This document shows positions 1-12,493 of a stretch of 38,919 bases of DNA, piece by piece. Numbering within the stretch: the first letter of the stretch is position 1; each line of letters starts with the position of its first letter. The translations under genes and the position numbers were made by a program. Origin of the DNA: Fibrobacterales bacterium (lineage in GTDB: Bacteria > Fibrobacterota > Fibrobacteria > Fibrobacterales > JAOPTW01). The DNA lies in NCBI GenBank assembly GCA_051532055.1, contig JAOPTX010000022.1, forward strand, positions 1-38,919, given 5' to 3'. The notes beneath the pieces are model-generated. The model worked only from the letters and a program-made list of their open reading frames with translations. It did no database searches and was not told the DNA's origin.

Positions 1-2
1 GG

Positions 3-233
3 GCCACATTGATGCCGGCAATCGAAAAATGCGACTGGGAGACAGCCGGATCGACTGCCCATAGGGTAAAAGGAGCTTCGCGTACTGTAGGGGCTCACCA
101 ATTTGCCCAAGTGGCCTCTGAAGTCGAAACTGAAGCTCGTAGTGGTGGTGTTACGGACCTTACATGTAAAAGTATTATCGAGGCTCACACCAGCCTCATT
201 TTCGAAATAGGAGCTCAATATGGCAATGAGTGA
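3..233 (+). CDS. Hpt (histidine phosphotransfer) domain, probably the 3' end of a hybrid sensor kinase or Hpt protein (5' partial)
   Basis: AHRVKGASRTVGA matches the Hpt H-x-L-K-G-x-S-x-x-x-G-A motif. The frame is open to the window edge and the stop overlaps the next response regulator gene. Confidence 0.85.
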   Translation, partial: ATLMPAIEKCDWETAGSTAHRVKGASRTVGAHQFAQVASEVETEARSGGVTDLTCKSIIEAHTSLIFEIGAQYGNE

Positions 234-1014
234 ATCTGAAATAAAAACGAAACGACTCCTTATCATAGATGATCAGTGGTTCATCCGTCAGACCATAGAA
301 GATATGGCAAAAGATTTTATCTGCCGAAATGTTTCGAGTGTTGGCAGTGCTGATATCGCACTGGAACTGATACAAAAAAAGACCTTTGATCTCCTCATAG
401 TAGACCTTGAGATGAAAGGTATTAATGGTCTTGAATTCATTAAACAGATTAGATCTGACAAAACCCGTCAGCCTGCCGATACCAGAATAATAATTATGAC
501 CTCTCATTCCGAACGTGAAATTCTTGGTTCAGCTATTGCTCTAGACATAAACGGCTTTATTGTAAAACCCTGTTTACTCCCTGTTCTTAAAGCAAAAGTT
601 TTCAAAGCCTTCGACGAAGGTTTTTCAGTGCGCAGCCCTCTTGCCTATGAAATAATTGCCACCAATATCATTTCGGATTCAAGCGTAAATACAGAAGAGC
701 CAGAGAGTGAAGAACCTGCAGGTGCAAAAGAACCTCAAAAGAGCTCCGATACCGACACTGAAACGGTCCAAGAACCACCATCTCCCGTAACTGCAACGAT
801 TATTGAAAACGGTAAAGAGGTTGAGGTCAACGTCCTCTCAGTATCTATCGATACTCTTGAGGAAGGAATGCAGCTCAGCAATGATATCAAATTCAATAAC
901 GGCGAAATATTGTTAAAATCAGGTGCTAGTCTTTCTCAACAAATGATAAACCGTATCAAAGAACTTAAAGATAATCTTCCTGAATCTGTGACCATAGCTT
1001 CAGTAGAGGCATAA
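220..1014 (+). CDS. Response regulator (REC domain, acidic linker, small C-terminal domain)
   Basis: REC motifs LLIIDD, LLIVDLEMKGINGLE (phosphoacceptor Asp), IIIMTS and FIVKP. A Pro/Glu-rich linker precedes a C-terminal LEEGMQLSNDI...GEILLKSGASLS module. Confidence 0.9.
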   Translation: MAMSESEIKTKRLLIIDDQWFIRQTIEDMAKDFICRNVSSVGSADIALELIQKKTFDLLIVDLEMKGINGLEFIKQIRSDKTRQPADTRIIIMTSHSEREILGSAIALDINGFIVKPCLLPVLKAKVFKAFDEGFSVRSPLAYEIIATNIISDSSVNTEEPESEEPAGAKEPQKSSDTDTETVQEPPSPVTATIIENGKEVEVNVLSVSIDTLEEGMQLSNDIKFNNGEILLKSGASLSQQMINRIKELKDNLPESVTIASVEA

Positions 1015-1579
1015 TGTTCCCATTACTTTTGACTCGCTCGGCAAACGGTCAACGCGCGCCGAACTAGTTTCTGCAAGAGCTTCTTCACTCATTTTAACAA
1101 CATGAGATACATCATTTATCCATAATCACCTATGACTCGGAAGACCCCAAAAATAGGACTTACATTCCTATCTAACTATCTAAATCAGAATTTGGTACAT
1201 AGGGAATATTTTTCAACGGTTCATTTTCCTCAATAGCACGATGAATTGCTTCACTCGTGTGGAGCTACCTCTACATGGTAAACTATAGAAACAACAAGAG
1301 GTCTTTTACTTTTTAAGTTAGCGTAGTATGCGAAGTGTCACAATTACCACCACTGTTCTTTTTAGATATTCAAAGACAAATGGATATTAATATCTTTTGG
1401 CATTTTTTTTAAAGTACCATTATCGAATCTCTGTACAGGGTTGCATGATCATATGGAATAAGTCAACAAATGTCAACACCCGATACCCCATTCAACCCAC
1501 TATGCCTCCAAAGCATGCATAAATAACAGATATTATAAGAGAGATATAGAGTTAGTAGAAGCTGTGATTTGGGGGAATA

Positions 1580-3592
<2,013 letters not shown>

Positions 3593-3739
3593 TAATGGTT
3601 CACCTTTTAGTAACTCAAGTGCTACAAAAAACACATAATTACCACCAGCATTTGAGTTTAAATCAGAGACAATACTTCTATTTGTATTAGGAGACATAGA
3701 GAAAACACACGAGCATCTTCCCCTCCATTCTCATTTATA

Positions 3740-4966
3740 CTACTCACCAAACTGTTCATCAATATTGCGATAGATAACATCATAATAGCTATTTATCGAT
3801 TCAGGGATAGTCTGTGAGAAAGAGATAGCCGTATACTGGGTAGGCGGTGGATTGTTTTCATCTTGGATAGCCCCCGGGACATATATATGGTGCCTTTTCC
3901 ATTCTAGTTGGGTAACGCGCTTGTCTGTATAGATCCTATAGACCCCATACGCATCCGTAGTATCAACTTCAGTAGATCCATCCTCAAAGAGCGCAGTAAC
4001 TTCCATTCCTTCAGTGCTAAAAATTGGACCATAGAAATCCCAATCCTTACCATACATATCTTCCTGATCTTCAATATCACCATCCCGACTTTCTCCCAAG
4101 AGTTCAACAAATACCCCGCTCAAAGTACAATCCGAACAGCGCACCTGTGGGTCAGAAAAAAGAATGTTCCTCACTCCATCAAATGAAACGACCTCTGTAT
4201 AGTAATTTTTCGAGACAACCATCAAACCATCTCCTTTTACTACGTGAGGTTGATTCAAAAATTTATTTTTTTCTAATGCAAGCACTTCTAAAGTATCAGC
4301 ATCTTTAAGATAGACCAAAGAAACGGTATCGAAATTCAATGAGTCTATAGCCCCAAAGAGTACTTCTGCACTATACCCCTGTCTAATACACTCTGCGATA
4401 ACCTCATCCTTTTGTTCTTCATCATACCCTTCACACTCATCTCTCAAAAAACTTTTAAACTCTGACTCACACCCTGATACATTTAAATAATCATCGATAG
4501 ATTCACAATAGTAATCATCACACCCGCCGTCATCACAGTCATTGTCATCTCCCCAGCAGTGCTCCCACTCATAATCAGATGTAGCTTCGCCACAAAAAAC
4601 ATCAGTTCTTCTACCCATTTCTTCACTTGAGTCATCGTACTCTTCAGAGCTTTCATCGACATAATCCCAAGAGGACTCTTCGGAAGACTCTTCAGAATAA
4701 GAGGATTCCATGGGGTCATTCCCCCAACAGTTCTCCCATTCATAATCAGAAACTGCATCGCCGCAATACACACCCGATCGTTTACCCCGCTCTTCACTTG
4801 ATTCTTTGTATTCATTTGAACTCGATTCATCAAATTCCTCAGAACTTGAGGCAGAAGCACCTTCTTTTGAACCATTTTGATTAGCGGGAGTCCCAACAAT
4901 GCAAGCATTGCACAGGACACATAGAGTGATAAGGAATACTATTTTTAAAAGATAGGTCGGTTGCAT
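3740..4966 (-). CDS. Acidic, Cys-rich putative lipoprotein of unknown function with an internal duplication
   Basis: 408-aa ORF with a hydrophobic N-terminus ending in CNAC. Asp/Glu/Ser-rich N-half contains two copies of CGxAxSDYEWExCWG. Confidence 0.75.
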   Translation of the reverse strand: MQPTYLLKIVFLITLCVLCNACIVGTPANQNGSKEGASASSSEEFDESSSNEYKESSEERGKRSGVYCGDAVSDYEWENCWGNDPMESSYSEESSEESSWDYVDESSEEYDDSSEEMGRRTDVFCGEATSDYEWEHCWGDDNDCDDGGCDDYYCESIDDYLNVSGCESEFKSFLRDECEGYDEEQKDEVIAECIRQGYSAEVLFGAIDSLNFDTVSLVYLKDADTLEVLALEKNKFLNQPHVVKGDGLMVVSKNYYTEVVSFDGVRNILFSDPQVRCSDCTLSGVFVELLGESRDGDIEDQEDMYGKDWDFYGPIFSTEGMEVTALFEDGSTEVDTTDAYGVYRIYTDKRVTQLEWKRHHIYVPGAIQDENNPPPTQYTAISFSQTIPESINSYYDVIYRNIDEQFGE

Positions 4967-5066
4967 AAGCGATCCTCTCGGAGATGTAATTACTATTAAT
5001 ATAGAGTATTATCAGTCTTCTAAAGGGACTTAAATGTTACCTGTAGTAAGCGACATTGAGAAAACA

Positions 5067-5342
5067 TTAATCGATTGTATTGGAATATTTATCAACCGTA
5101 ATGATTCTAAAGGTATAAGAATTAATAGTAATCCTTATATTGTGAGTAGCATTGGATATATAATAGTTTTTGCCTTTTTTAATAAAGCATTCTATTTCAG
5201 ACTCTTGCAACACCGTTAGCATCAGGCGTTCAATCTGCTTTTTTGAATAGGCCGTACCGAGCTTCTTGTTTATTCTTCCGTATACGAGTTCGGTGTAACA
5301 GTGCTTCTCTATAATTTCTGCTTTGTCAATATCCATTATCAC
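5067..5342 (-). CDS. DUF3781-like small protein
   Basis: YTELVYGRINKKLG...KKGKNYY...ITINSYTFRIITV pattern recalled for DUF3781. The GTG start overlaps the upstream stop (GTGA); an alternative ATG lies at 5336. Confidence 0.7.
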   Translation of the reverse strand: MIMDIDKAEIIEKHCYTELVYGRINKKLGTAYSKKQIERLMLTVLQESEIECFIKKGKNYYISNATHNIRITINSYTFRIITVDKYSNTID

Positions 5343-8300
5343 TGACTCGCTTCACGAACATATCCAAATTTTAGATACTGACTTTGCTTGGTCACCAGTT
5401 GATGCCCCTCTTTAAAATCATAGTAGTCCTCAATCAATTGTGCCCGTAAACTATAATTCACTTGACTGATAATCACCCCTGTTGCGACAGCGGTATTCTT
5501 ATCTGTTTTGAGTATCAAGGCATCATTTTCTAATTGAGGCAGCCATTCTAAGAACAGTTTTGTTTGATTCAATTCATTAAAAAAGGATGCATCTTTCAAC
5601 TGAATGTGTTGTGACTTTGAGGTAATGAATTGTCCCAATTGATCATAAAAATAGACTTGGACCTCAATATACACCTCCCACTTGGGTACATTATCACCAC
5701 CTATGGTATTTTCAATAAGGCGCAACTCCTCAGGCAAATAGTCATTAAAGGTGGGTACATCGATATCCAATACAATTGTGGGCCCTACATGTCTATTTTC
5801 TGTTCGGTAAAACTCTCCATCGTTGTCCTCATCACCTTCAACAAGTAAATACTCATTCATTGTACTTGGATCCATAACTGTTGTTCTAAAGCCCTTAGAG
5901 TCCTGCGCATCCCTATCAGAAATCACATCCCTCATCTCTTCACCATCAAACGTTATAAAAGGTTTTTCCCATGCGACATTGAGCTGTGAATTACCCGTAA
6001 CATCAAATTGAATAGGAACTGCTGGATTCTTTTCATGAGCCCTATTGCCCACTCCATCTACAAAGGCAGCGCCATCCCTATACGCCAAACGAATGGAGTC
6101 ATTAAAAAATAGTGAATCTTCTGTTAACCGTATAAACCATTCAAGGGTATGAGAGGGGTCAGTCTCAACATGAAATACGTCAGGAATATACTCATCGCGA
6201 CTCCTGATAATAAAGTCCCTGCCTTCAGTGCGTACGAGAGGTTCCGACATTACCAATCTCAAAAGTGATCGATCTTCAACCATCCAGGCACTCACCACAA
6301 TAGGCCCAATTGAATCAACCAACGGTACTGTTTGACAAAATGATTCATTCTCAAACTCTCCACACATTTCGAGAGTACCCGTTCCATCACTGTTATAGCC
6401 ATTTGTTTTTGTTGCGGCAAAATAATCTGAGAATGAGAAGCCAAAGTCTTGATGTCTACTATTCTGACGAACCGTTTGATATAACGAATCGTCGGGGCTA
6501 TTCCATACAATGGTTACAGAGCTCACCGATTGGCGTTCAGGTGAGTCTTCAAAATAAAAAACATGAATAGAGTCGGCACTGCCATCTCCATCAGTATCGT
6601 AAATAGCCGCTATTTCTGGTTTGGGCACTAAGGATACCGGTACCAATAATGAATCTTTTTGTTCAGTATCTCTCGAGTCAATAAAGGTCCCCACAATTTC
6701 TACTGCGTCATCAGTATACTCAGTTACATATTCAGAAAGATCGACATGGGTAGTAAAGAGTCCTGATGCGTCTTCAATTGCGGTAACCTCAATAGCACCC
6801 CCTTCAGGAAAGCTTATTGACACAGCGACCGTTGAATCCTCTATCCCATCATCGTCAATAGATATACTAACCTGCGCCATACTCTTTGAGTCTAGCACCA
6901 AACTAATGCCGGTAAAATATTCTCCAATGCTCACGGTCTCTTGAGCAAAATCTCGCGGATCATTGGGATGCTGCCAAAAGAAGGAGAGCTCCGTATCTTC
7001 TTTAATTTCTACAACCGAATTTTTTGAACGAATCGTTTCTTGAGTAAAGAGAAGGTCAACAGCCGTAGTGAACTGTACCCGCTCTCCTTTCCTATCAGAG
7101 CCTGTTTGGACACTCATTTCACTATCCTTACCCTTATTGGTATTCCATTCAAATTCAATATCATTGAGGTTCTCATTGGAAGTTTCTAGCTGCCCCCACA
7201 AACCGTCATCAGAACGCTTGACAGTGGTAACCGCAGTACCCTCTTCATCAACAACCGTTACCATTGATCGCTCATTACACAGGACATCAAAGTGATCATC
7301 ACTCAAAGAGGTACTATACTTACCTGATTTTACTGCAATGGTAAACGATACCTCTTGTGAGAATGAAGCGTCATTGTACTCAACAGTCAGGGTGATATCA
7401 TTATTCCCTGTATCAAGGGGCAATTCGTTATCAAAGGTTAACAGGACATTGTCATTACTTACTACGTCCTTACTGTCGAGCCGTGTACTTTGCAATCCGT
7501 AACCAGAAACATTTTGCAGCACTACAGACTCAAGTTCTGCACGCTGCTTTTCTTCGATATAGCTAATAACTTCAAGAATCTTGTCTGATATATTCGTTCC
7601 TCTCCTATCCTTTATCTGATTATAACTCCCCCCTGTAGTATCTGCCATTTCATTCATAAAACCATCGTAATAGTTTTCATCTAACAATCTACATTCTTCA
7701 GGTCTACTCGGTTCACTGTTCCCCAAGAAGAACATGTGAAACTCAGCCAAAGGTGTCTCACCATCTTTTTCAAAAAGTAAGGGAATAATTCTATCTTTGG
7801 GCTGACAAATGGTATTACCAGCGCGAGGAATCCCATCAGTGATAAAAAAGACATACCGGTTGTATTCTGCAGTGTCAATACTATTAAGAAAGGTTTTTCC
7901 CAGTTCAAGGGCACTTATATAATTTGTATAATACATCTCTTTAAGAGTTATTTTTGTTTTTAATTCAGTGATATTTTTTTCATTTGATATCAATATTTCT
8001 CTTGCATTGTTTTGTGGGGCATTTGAACCAAACTCAACATACCCCGTTAATGATTCAATTCCCTGCTTATATTTACTATTTAAGCTATCAAGACTCGTAA
8101 TAATTGCCGAAGCACGTTTGCCATCAGGATCTCCTTCTGGGATCCCCTTGGCACCACTCATACTATTTGATTGGTCTAAAATAAACAGGATCGCAGGGGG
8201 TTTTCCTTGTGTCTCTTTTTTAAGGGGACACAAGACAATGCTCTCTTTTTCAAATCGTGTTGTATTTTCGGAAACCGCAATTACCGATCCATCCAACGTT

Positions 8301-8422
8301 TCAAGATCGAGACAACTGGTGTCAGTATCGCTTGTTTGAGTTACCAGCGAACAGCGTTTATCATCTTTTGAATAAAGAATACTACTGGATAGTAATACTA
8401 ACAGAAGAAGTATTTTATACAT
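5339..8422 (-). CDS. Large secreted vWA-domain protein with Ig-like middle and a Fibrobacter fibro-slime-type C-terminal domain
   Basis: Signal peptide MYKILLLLVLLSS (ATG at 8422 preferred over GTG at 8449). MIDAS-like LFILDQSNSM and FFITDG, a DTDGDGSADSI Ca-binding-like motif, and C-terminal FYDQLGQFI...ATGVII...KFGYVR. Confidence 0.8.
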   Translation of the reverse strand: MYKILLLLVLLSSSILYSKDDKRCSLVTQTSDTDTSCLDLETLDGSVIAVSENTTRFEKESIVLCPLKKETQGKPPAILFILDQSNSMSGAKGIPEGDPDGKRASAIITSLDSLNSKYKQGIESLTGYVEFGSNAPQNNAREILISNEKNITELKTKITLKEMYYTNYISALELGKTFLNSIDTAEYNRYVFFITDGIPRAGNTICQPKDRIIPLLFEKDGETPLAEFHMFFLGNSEPSRPEECRLLDENYYDGFMNEMADTTGGSYNQIKDRRGTNISDKILEVISYIEEKQRAELESVVLQNVSGYGLQSTRLDSKDVVSNDNVLLTFDNELPLDTGNNDITLTVEYNDASFSQEVSFTIAVKSGKYSTSLSDDHFDVLCNERSMVTVVDEEGTAVTTVKRSDDGLWGQLETSNENLNDIEFEWNTNKGKDSEMSVQTGSDRKGERVQFTTAVDLLFTQETIRSKNSVVEIKEDTELSFFWQHPNDPRDFAQETVSIGEYFTGISLVLDSKSMAQVSISIDDDGIEDSTVAVSISFPEGGAIEVTAIEDASGLFTTHVDLSEYVTEYTDDAVEIVGTFIDSRDTEQKDSLLVPVSLVPKPEIAAIYDTDGDGSADSIHVFYFEDSPERQSVSSVTIVWNSPDDSLYQTVRQNSRHQDFGFSFSDYFAATKTNGYNSDGTGTLEMCGEFENESFCQTVPLVDSIGPIVVSAWMVEDRSLLRLVMSEPLVRTEGRDFIIRSRDEYIPDVFHVETDPSHTLEWFIRLTEDSLFFNDSIRLAYRDGAAFVDGVGNRAHEKNPAVPIQFDVTGNSQLNVAWEKPFITFDGEEMRDVISDRDAQDSKGFRTTVMDPSTMNEYLLVEGDEDNDGEFYRTENRHVGPTIVLDIDVPTFNDYLPEELRLIENTIGGDNVPKWEVYIEVQVYFYDQLGQFITSKSQHIQLKDASFFNELNQTKLFLEWLPQLENDALILKTDKNTAVATGVIISQVNYSLRAQLIEDYYDFKEGHQLVTKQSQYLKFGYVREASQ

Positions 8423-8847
8423 GCATACCTTGTTAACAATGTAAGACACTCAATGAAGTGGTAGATACTTATGTACCTACGATTCATTTTGGTAGAATCG
8501 AACAACAGATGTACTATTTTCGGATTACTTAAATTTATTCTATTTAAGGCCATTCGCAATGAGTATCAGTAAATAACTGTTTATTTTACATTATCGACGC
8601 TTTTTCGGTAAGACTTCCTCAAAACAGAACAAAAACTGTCCAAATACATCGATTTTAGTCCCTACAATACAATGCCAATATCTATACCGAGTCGTAAGGT
8701 GCCTTCACCAGTGCATATTCTTCGTCTCCTAATATTTAAATTACCCATCCATCACCCGCTTACAAAAGCAACACATATACCCCTCATAAAAATGTATACT
8801 CTCTATATCACTTTCCACAAATAACTACACACCCAAGGAGCTTGGTA

Positions 8848-11478
8848 ATGAAACAATCTTTTCTTACTACTCAATTCTTGTTTCAGAGTATCACCGTTGC
8901 AATCATTGCATTCGGTATCTTTCTCTACGTAAACCCTATTACTCCTACAGTAAAACGTTCCCATCAAAAAAGTCCTATCGTAAAAAAGATTAACAAATCC
9001 AAAAGGGTCACCGCTCCTCCTGTACTAAAGAAAAAATGTACCAATGGCATGCTCACCTATGTCAAAAAGGGGAAAACTGAACAGCTTCCCCTTATCCATT
9101 CTGATGTTGCCGTAACACTATCAGGGCTTCTCGCTCGAGTGACCCTTACTCAAACCTTTGTAAATAGTGATGTAAACCCACTTGAAGTTGAGTACCTCTT
9201 CCCTCTTAGTGAAAAAAGCGCCGTCGATTCTATGACTATGCGTACCCCTTCACGATTGGTCTATGGTATCGTTAAAAAGAAAGAAGAAGCCGAAGCAGAC
9301 TATCAGGCAGCCCTAAAGAAAGGACAACGGGCATCAGTTATCCATCAAGTCCGCAACAACATCTTTAAACAAAAGTTGGGCAATGTAATGCCTGGTGACA
9401 CTATTGAAATTACCATTAGCTATTTAGAAGAGGTCTCCTACGACCTTCATACCCTAAAATATCACTTCCCTATGACCATTGGTCCATACTTTACCCCCAA
9501 CAGCAAGGATTCAACCACTCGTGATTCTATCGGCAAATCCGTTTCAACGCCCTACATGGCTGCCAAACATCGTGACGGCTCAACAATCTCACTCACCCTC
9601 AAAGTACACGCACATCCAGCCATACACTCATTTCACTCTCCGAGTCATCGTATCAGTACCACCCTTCCCAAAGATGGTTGGTACACTATAACGTTAAGTA
9701 GCCATGACCAAATACCCAATAAAGATTTTATGCTCGAAGTCCCCTATAGCAATAGTACGCCCTTGAGCCAGTTTACTCTTGAAAAAGGTGAAAAGGAGTC
9801 ATTCTGGCATCTCACCCTCTTTCCTCAAGTAGAAAAGCAAACCACCACCCACCCACGAGATCTAACTTTTATCATGGATCGATCGGGAAGTATGCGTGGC
9901 TTTCCCCTTGATAAAAGTAAAGAGGTAATGAAACACCTCCTCAATACCATCGGCCCAGACGATCGGTTCCGGATAATTAAATTTGCGGGGTCCGCAATTG
10001 AAATGAGCTCAGTACCTCTTCCGGCTACTCCTGATTATATTCAAAAAGCACTGACATTTATTCAAGAGACACGTAGTAGTGGTGGTACCAGGGTAGTGCC
10101 CGCTCTTGAAAAAGCTCTTTCTTATCACATAGACCCTCATCGTGAACGAATGATCATTTTTATGAGTGATGCCTATGTGTCCAATGAAGCAGAAATCAAC
10201 ACCCTTATCAAACAGAAGATTGGTACCGGTAAAGTATTTACCCTCGGTGTTGGGTCAAGCGTCAATCACTCCCTTCTCCGTTCTATGTCAATAGTTGGCA
10301 ATGGCTACTATAGTTATATTCGCCATGATGGTGATGCACAAAAAGGAGTAGCCGAACTCTATAAGCGCATGCAGGCCCCCGTACTTAATCAGCTAAAATT
10401 ATCAGGAGATATTGTCAAAGGGTCAATGATCTACCCCAAAGTAATTCCTTATTTGGGTGGTGGCCAACCCCTGCAACTCACGGGTATGATTCCAACGAAC
10501 AAACTCCCACTCAGTAGTTCCACTGGGTTTCTGCAAAAAATGATACAGCGTATAGCACCTTCCGATACCACTGTTACCATCAGTGGTATTTTGAGTGATA
10601 GTACTCCATGGTCAGAATCTTTACATCTCAATACCGCAGCCGAAGCTTCCATTGGCCTCTCGGCTCTCTGGGCACGAAAGAACATTGAACACATAGAGTA
10701 TCACCAAGGGAAGTATACCCGCGGTGACAATATTCTCACCAAAAGACAAGAGAACCAAATTACCCAATTGGGTCTCAAATATCAGATCATGACTAAAAAC
10801 ACCAGTTTTCTTGCCGTTGAAAGCCTCACCGTCAACTATAGTGGTACGCATAAGACCACCACTCAACCCAATCATCATCCCGTAGGAGTAGCCCAATATA
10901 TTACACCAGCACCACCAATGAGACCGCAACCTCGTAAGGCTCACTTCAAAAGCAGCGCTCGACATACTGCAAGCACACCAATGGTAATAGAAAAATCTAA
11001 CTACTCCGCTTTAACAATATCAGGAAGAAAAGGCGTAAAAAGTGAGAGCTCGCATTCAGCATATCAAAGTAATGATTTAGGCACAATGCTCTCAGGCATA
11101 GTTGGTGGTGGGGGTGGCGCAGTGTCAATAGGAACCAAGGGAAAATTTCGAGCCCCTTCATCTTCAAACATTGTCATTACTGGTAGTGCTACTCTACGAT
11201 CTAAAGCATCAATTATGCGTATCATTAGAAGTCGTTCCCCTGGATTACGCCATACCTACAATACGTTTCTTAAGAAGCATCCAGGGTTTAGCGGTCGTAT
11301 CAGTATGAGCCTCACCATTGCGCCATCAGGAAAAGTCACCTCCATTACTATAGAAAACAGTAGTACAGGAGTAGCACTCTTTGATAACGAAATCAGAAAT
11401 AAGGTAAGACGGTGGAAATTCGAGCGGATAGCATCAGGGGACTGTACCATAACAATCCCCCTTGCGTTTTCTGAATAG
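8848..11478 (+). CDS. VIT + vWA domain protein fused to a TonB-C/AgmX-PglI-like C-terminal domain
   Basis: AAGGAG RBS before ATG 8848 and an N-terminal TM segment. VIT motifs ARVTLTQTFVN and YLFPLSEKSAVDSM, MIDAS DRSGSM, and C-terminal RSPGLRHTYNTFLKKHPGFSGRI...IAPSGKV...VRRWKF. Confidence 0.88.
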   Translation: MKQSFLTTQFLFQSITVAIIAFGIFLYVNPITPTVKRSHQKSPIVKKINKSKRVTAPPVLKKKCTNGMLTYVKKGKTEQLPLIHSDVAVTLSGLLARVTLTQTFVNSDVNPLEVEYLFPLSEKSAVDSMTMRTPSRLVYGIVKKKEEAEADYQAALKKGQRASVIHQVRNNIFKQKLGNVMPGDTIEITISYLEEVSYDLHTLKYHFPMTIGPYFTPNSKDSTTRDSIGKSVSTPYMAAKHRDGSTISLTLKVHAHPAIHSFHSPSHRISTTLPKDGWYTITLSSHDQIPNKDFMLEVPYSNSTPLSQFTLEKGEKESFWHLTLFPQVEKQTTTHPRDLTFIMDRSGSMRGFPLDKSKEVMKHLLNTIGPDDRFRIIKFAGSAIEMSSVPLPATPDYIQKALTFIQETRSSGGTRVVPALEKALSYHIDPHRERMIIFMSDAYVSNEAEINTLIKQKIGTGKVFTLGVGSSVNHSLLRSMSIVGNGYYSYIRHDGDAQKGVAELYKRMQAPVLNQLKLSGDIVKGSMIYPKVIPYLGGGQPLQLTGMIPTNKLPLSSSTGFLQKMIQRIAPSDTTVTISGILSDSTPWSESLHLNTAAEASIGLSALWARKNIEHIEYHQGKYTRGDNILTKRQENQITQLGLKYQIMTKNTSFLAVESLTVNYSGTHKTTTQPNHHPVGVAQYITPAPPMRPQPRKAHFKSSARHTASTPMVIEKSNYSALTISGRKGVKSESSHSAYQSNDLGTMLSGIVGGGGGAVSIGTKGKFRAPSSSNIVITGSATLRSKASIMRIIRSRSPGLRHTYNTFLKKHPGFSGRISMSLTIAPSGKVTSITIENSSTGVALFDNEIRNKVRRWKFERIASGDCTITIPLAFSE

Positions 11479-11502
11479 TGATTTTATCTAGTTAAATTAA
11501 AA

Positions 11503-11536
11503 GGCAGTCTCTTGTACTAATCTATAAAGGGCTGCC
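11503..11536. terminator. Possible bidirectional intrinsic terminator
   Basis: Imperfect stem GGCAGTCT.../...GGGCTGCC between convergent stops at 11478 and 11550. Confidence 0.4.
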
Positions 11537-11549
11537 GGTTTAATCTTAA

Positions 11550-12146
11550 TTATAGTGGCAACAATTCTCTACCATAGAGTTCATTAATAATCTGTGCAAA
11601 GGCAGTGTAAATTGCTGCTGAACCACAAATAATTCCTTCAATGCCTGCAATTACTTTTAACACAGGGCTTTCTGTACTGTCCGCAATAGCGAGAAGAAAA
11701 AAGAGCAGTGCCAGCGATGCAAAGACAAACTGCAGTGCACGACTTAATTTCAATGTTCCCAAAAACATACCACTGGTAAAGATACCCCAGATTACGAGAA
11801 AAGAAATTATCGCTGGCTTTTGAGGCGCCTCGACGAGTCCCATTTTTGGAAGCACAATAAGCGCCACAAAAGAAAGCCAGAAGAATCCGTAAGAGATAAA
11901 GGCTGTTGTACCAAAGGTATTGCCTTTTCTAAACTCCATGAGCCCTGCCATTATTTGTGCAATACCACCATAGAAAACGCCCATGGCTAAGATCATTGAT
12001 CCTAATTCAAATAGACCTGCGTTGTGTAAATTCAAAAGAACAGTCGTCATACCAAATCCCAACAATCCTAAGGGAGCTGGATTAGATGATACATCAACTT
12101 GGTGTGTTACCACGGTTTCTTTGGGGAGTGTTGCGATGTGTTCCAT
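11550..12146 (-). CDS. satP: Acetate/succinate uptake transporter, GPR1/FUN34/YaaH (AceTr) family
   Basis: Signature [24 protein letters not shown] and [16 protein letters not shown], with six hydrophobic helices in 198 aa. Confidence 0.95.
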   Translation of the reverse strand: MEHIATLPKETVVTHQVDVSSNPAPLGLLGFGMTTVLLNLHNAGLFELGSMILAMGVFYGGIAQIMAGLMEFRKGNTFGTTAFISYGFFWLSFVALIVLPKMGLVEAPQKPAIISFLVIWGIFTSGMFLGTLKLSRALQFVFASLALLFFLLAIADSTESPVLKVIAGIEGIICGSAAIYTAFAQIINELYGRELLPL

Positions 12147-12493
12147 AGTGATTCCTCTCGTGAGTAGTATGGGGTGAATACTGTTTTATAGTACTGCGCC
12201 CAAAGATAGCTCTTGAAATCCCCCTCTGGAGCAGATGAATTTCAATCAAAGGACTCTTCGAGGAAATAATTATTGAGCCTTATTTCAGCTGTTCAAATAT
12301 AACTGCACTCTACGAATGTTCACAAAACTACACCACATTTTTAAAGGGAGGCTGAAGCTCAATTACCGTAATTATAAAAGTATCCATGTTAAAACCTTCT
12401 ATTCACACACTCTATCAATGTGAATTTGTAGCACAATACAGATTATACCTATTTGAGGTATAATCCACTCCACACCATAAGAGTTATACCAGA

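Noticed and set aside
1015..1579. Long intergenic region checked for a riboswitch, tRNA or small ORF
   Set aside because: No consensus recognised by eye and only short ORFs without RBS. An Infernal/Rfam scan would be needed to exclude an ncRNA.
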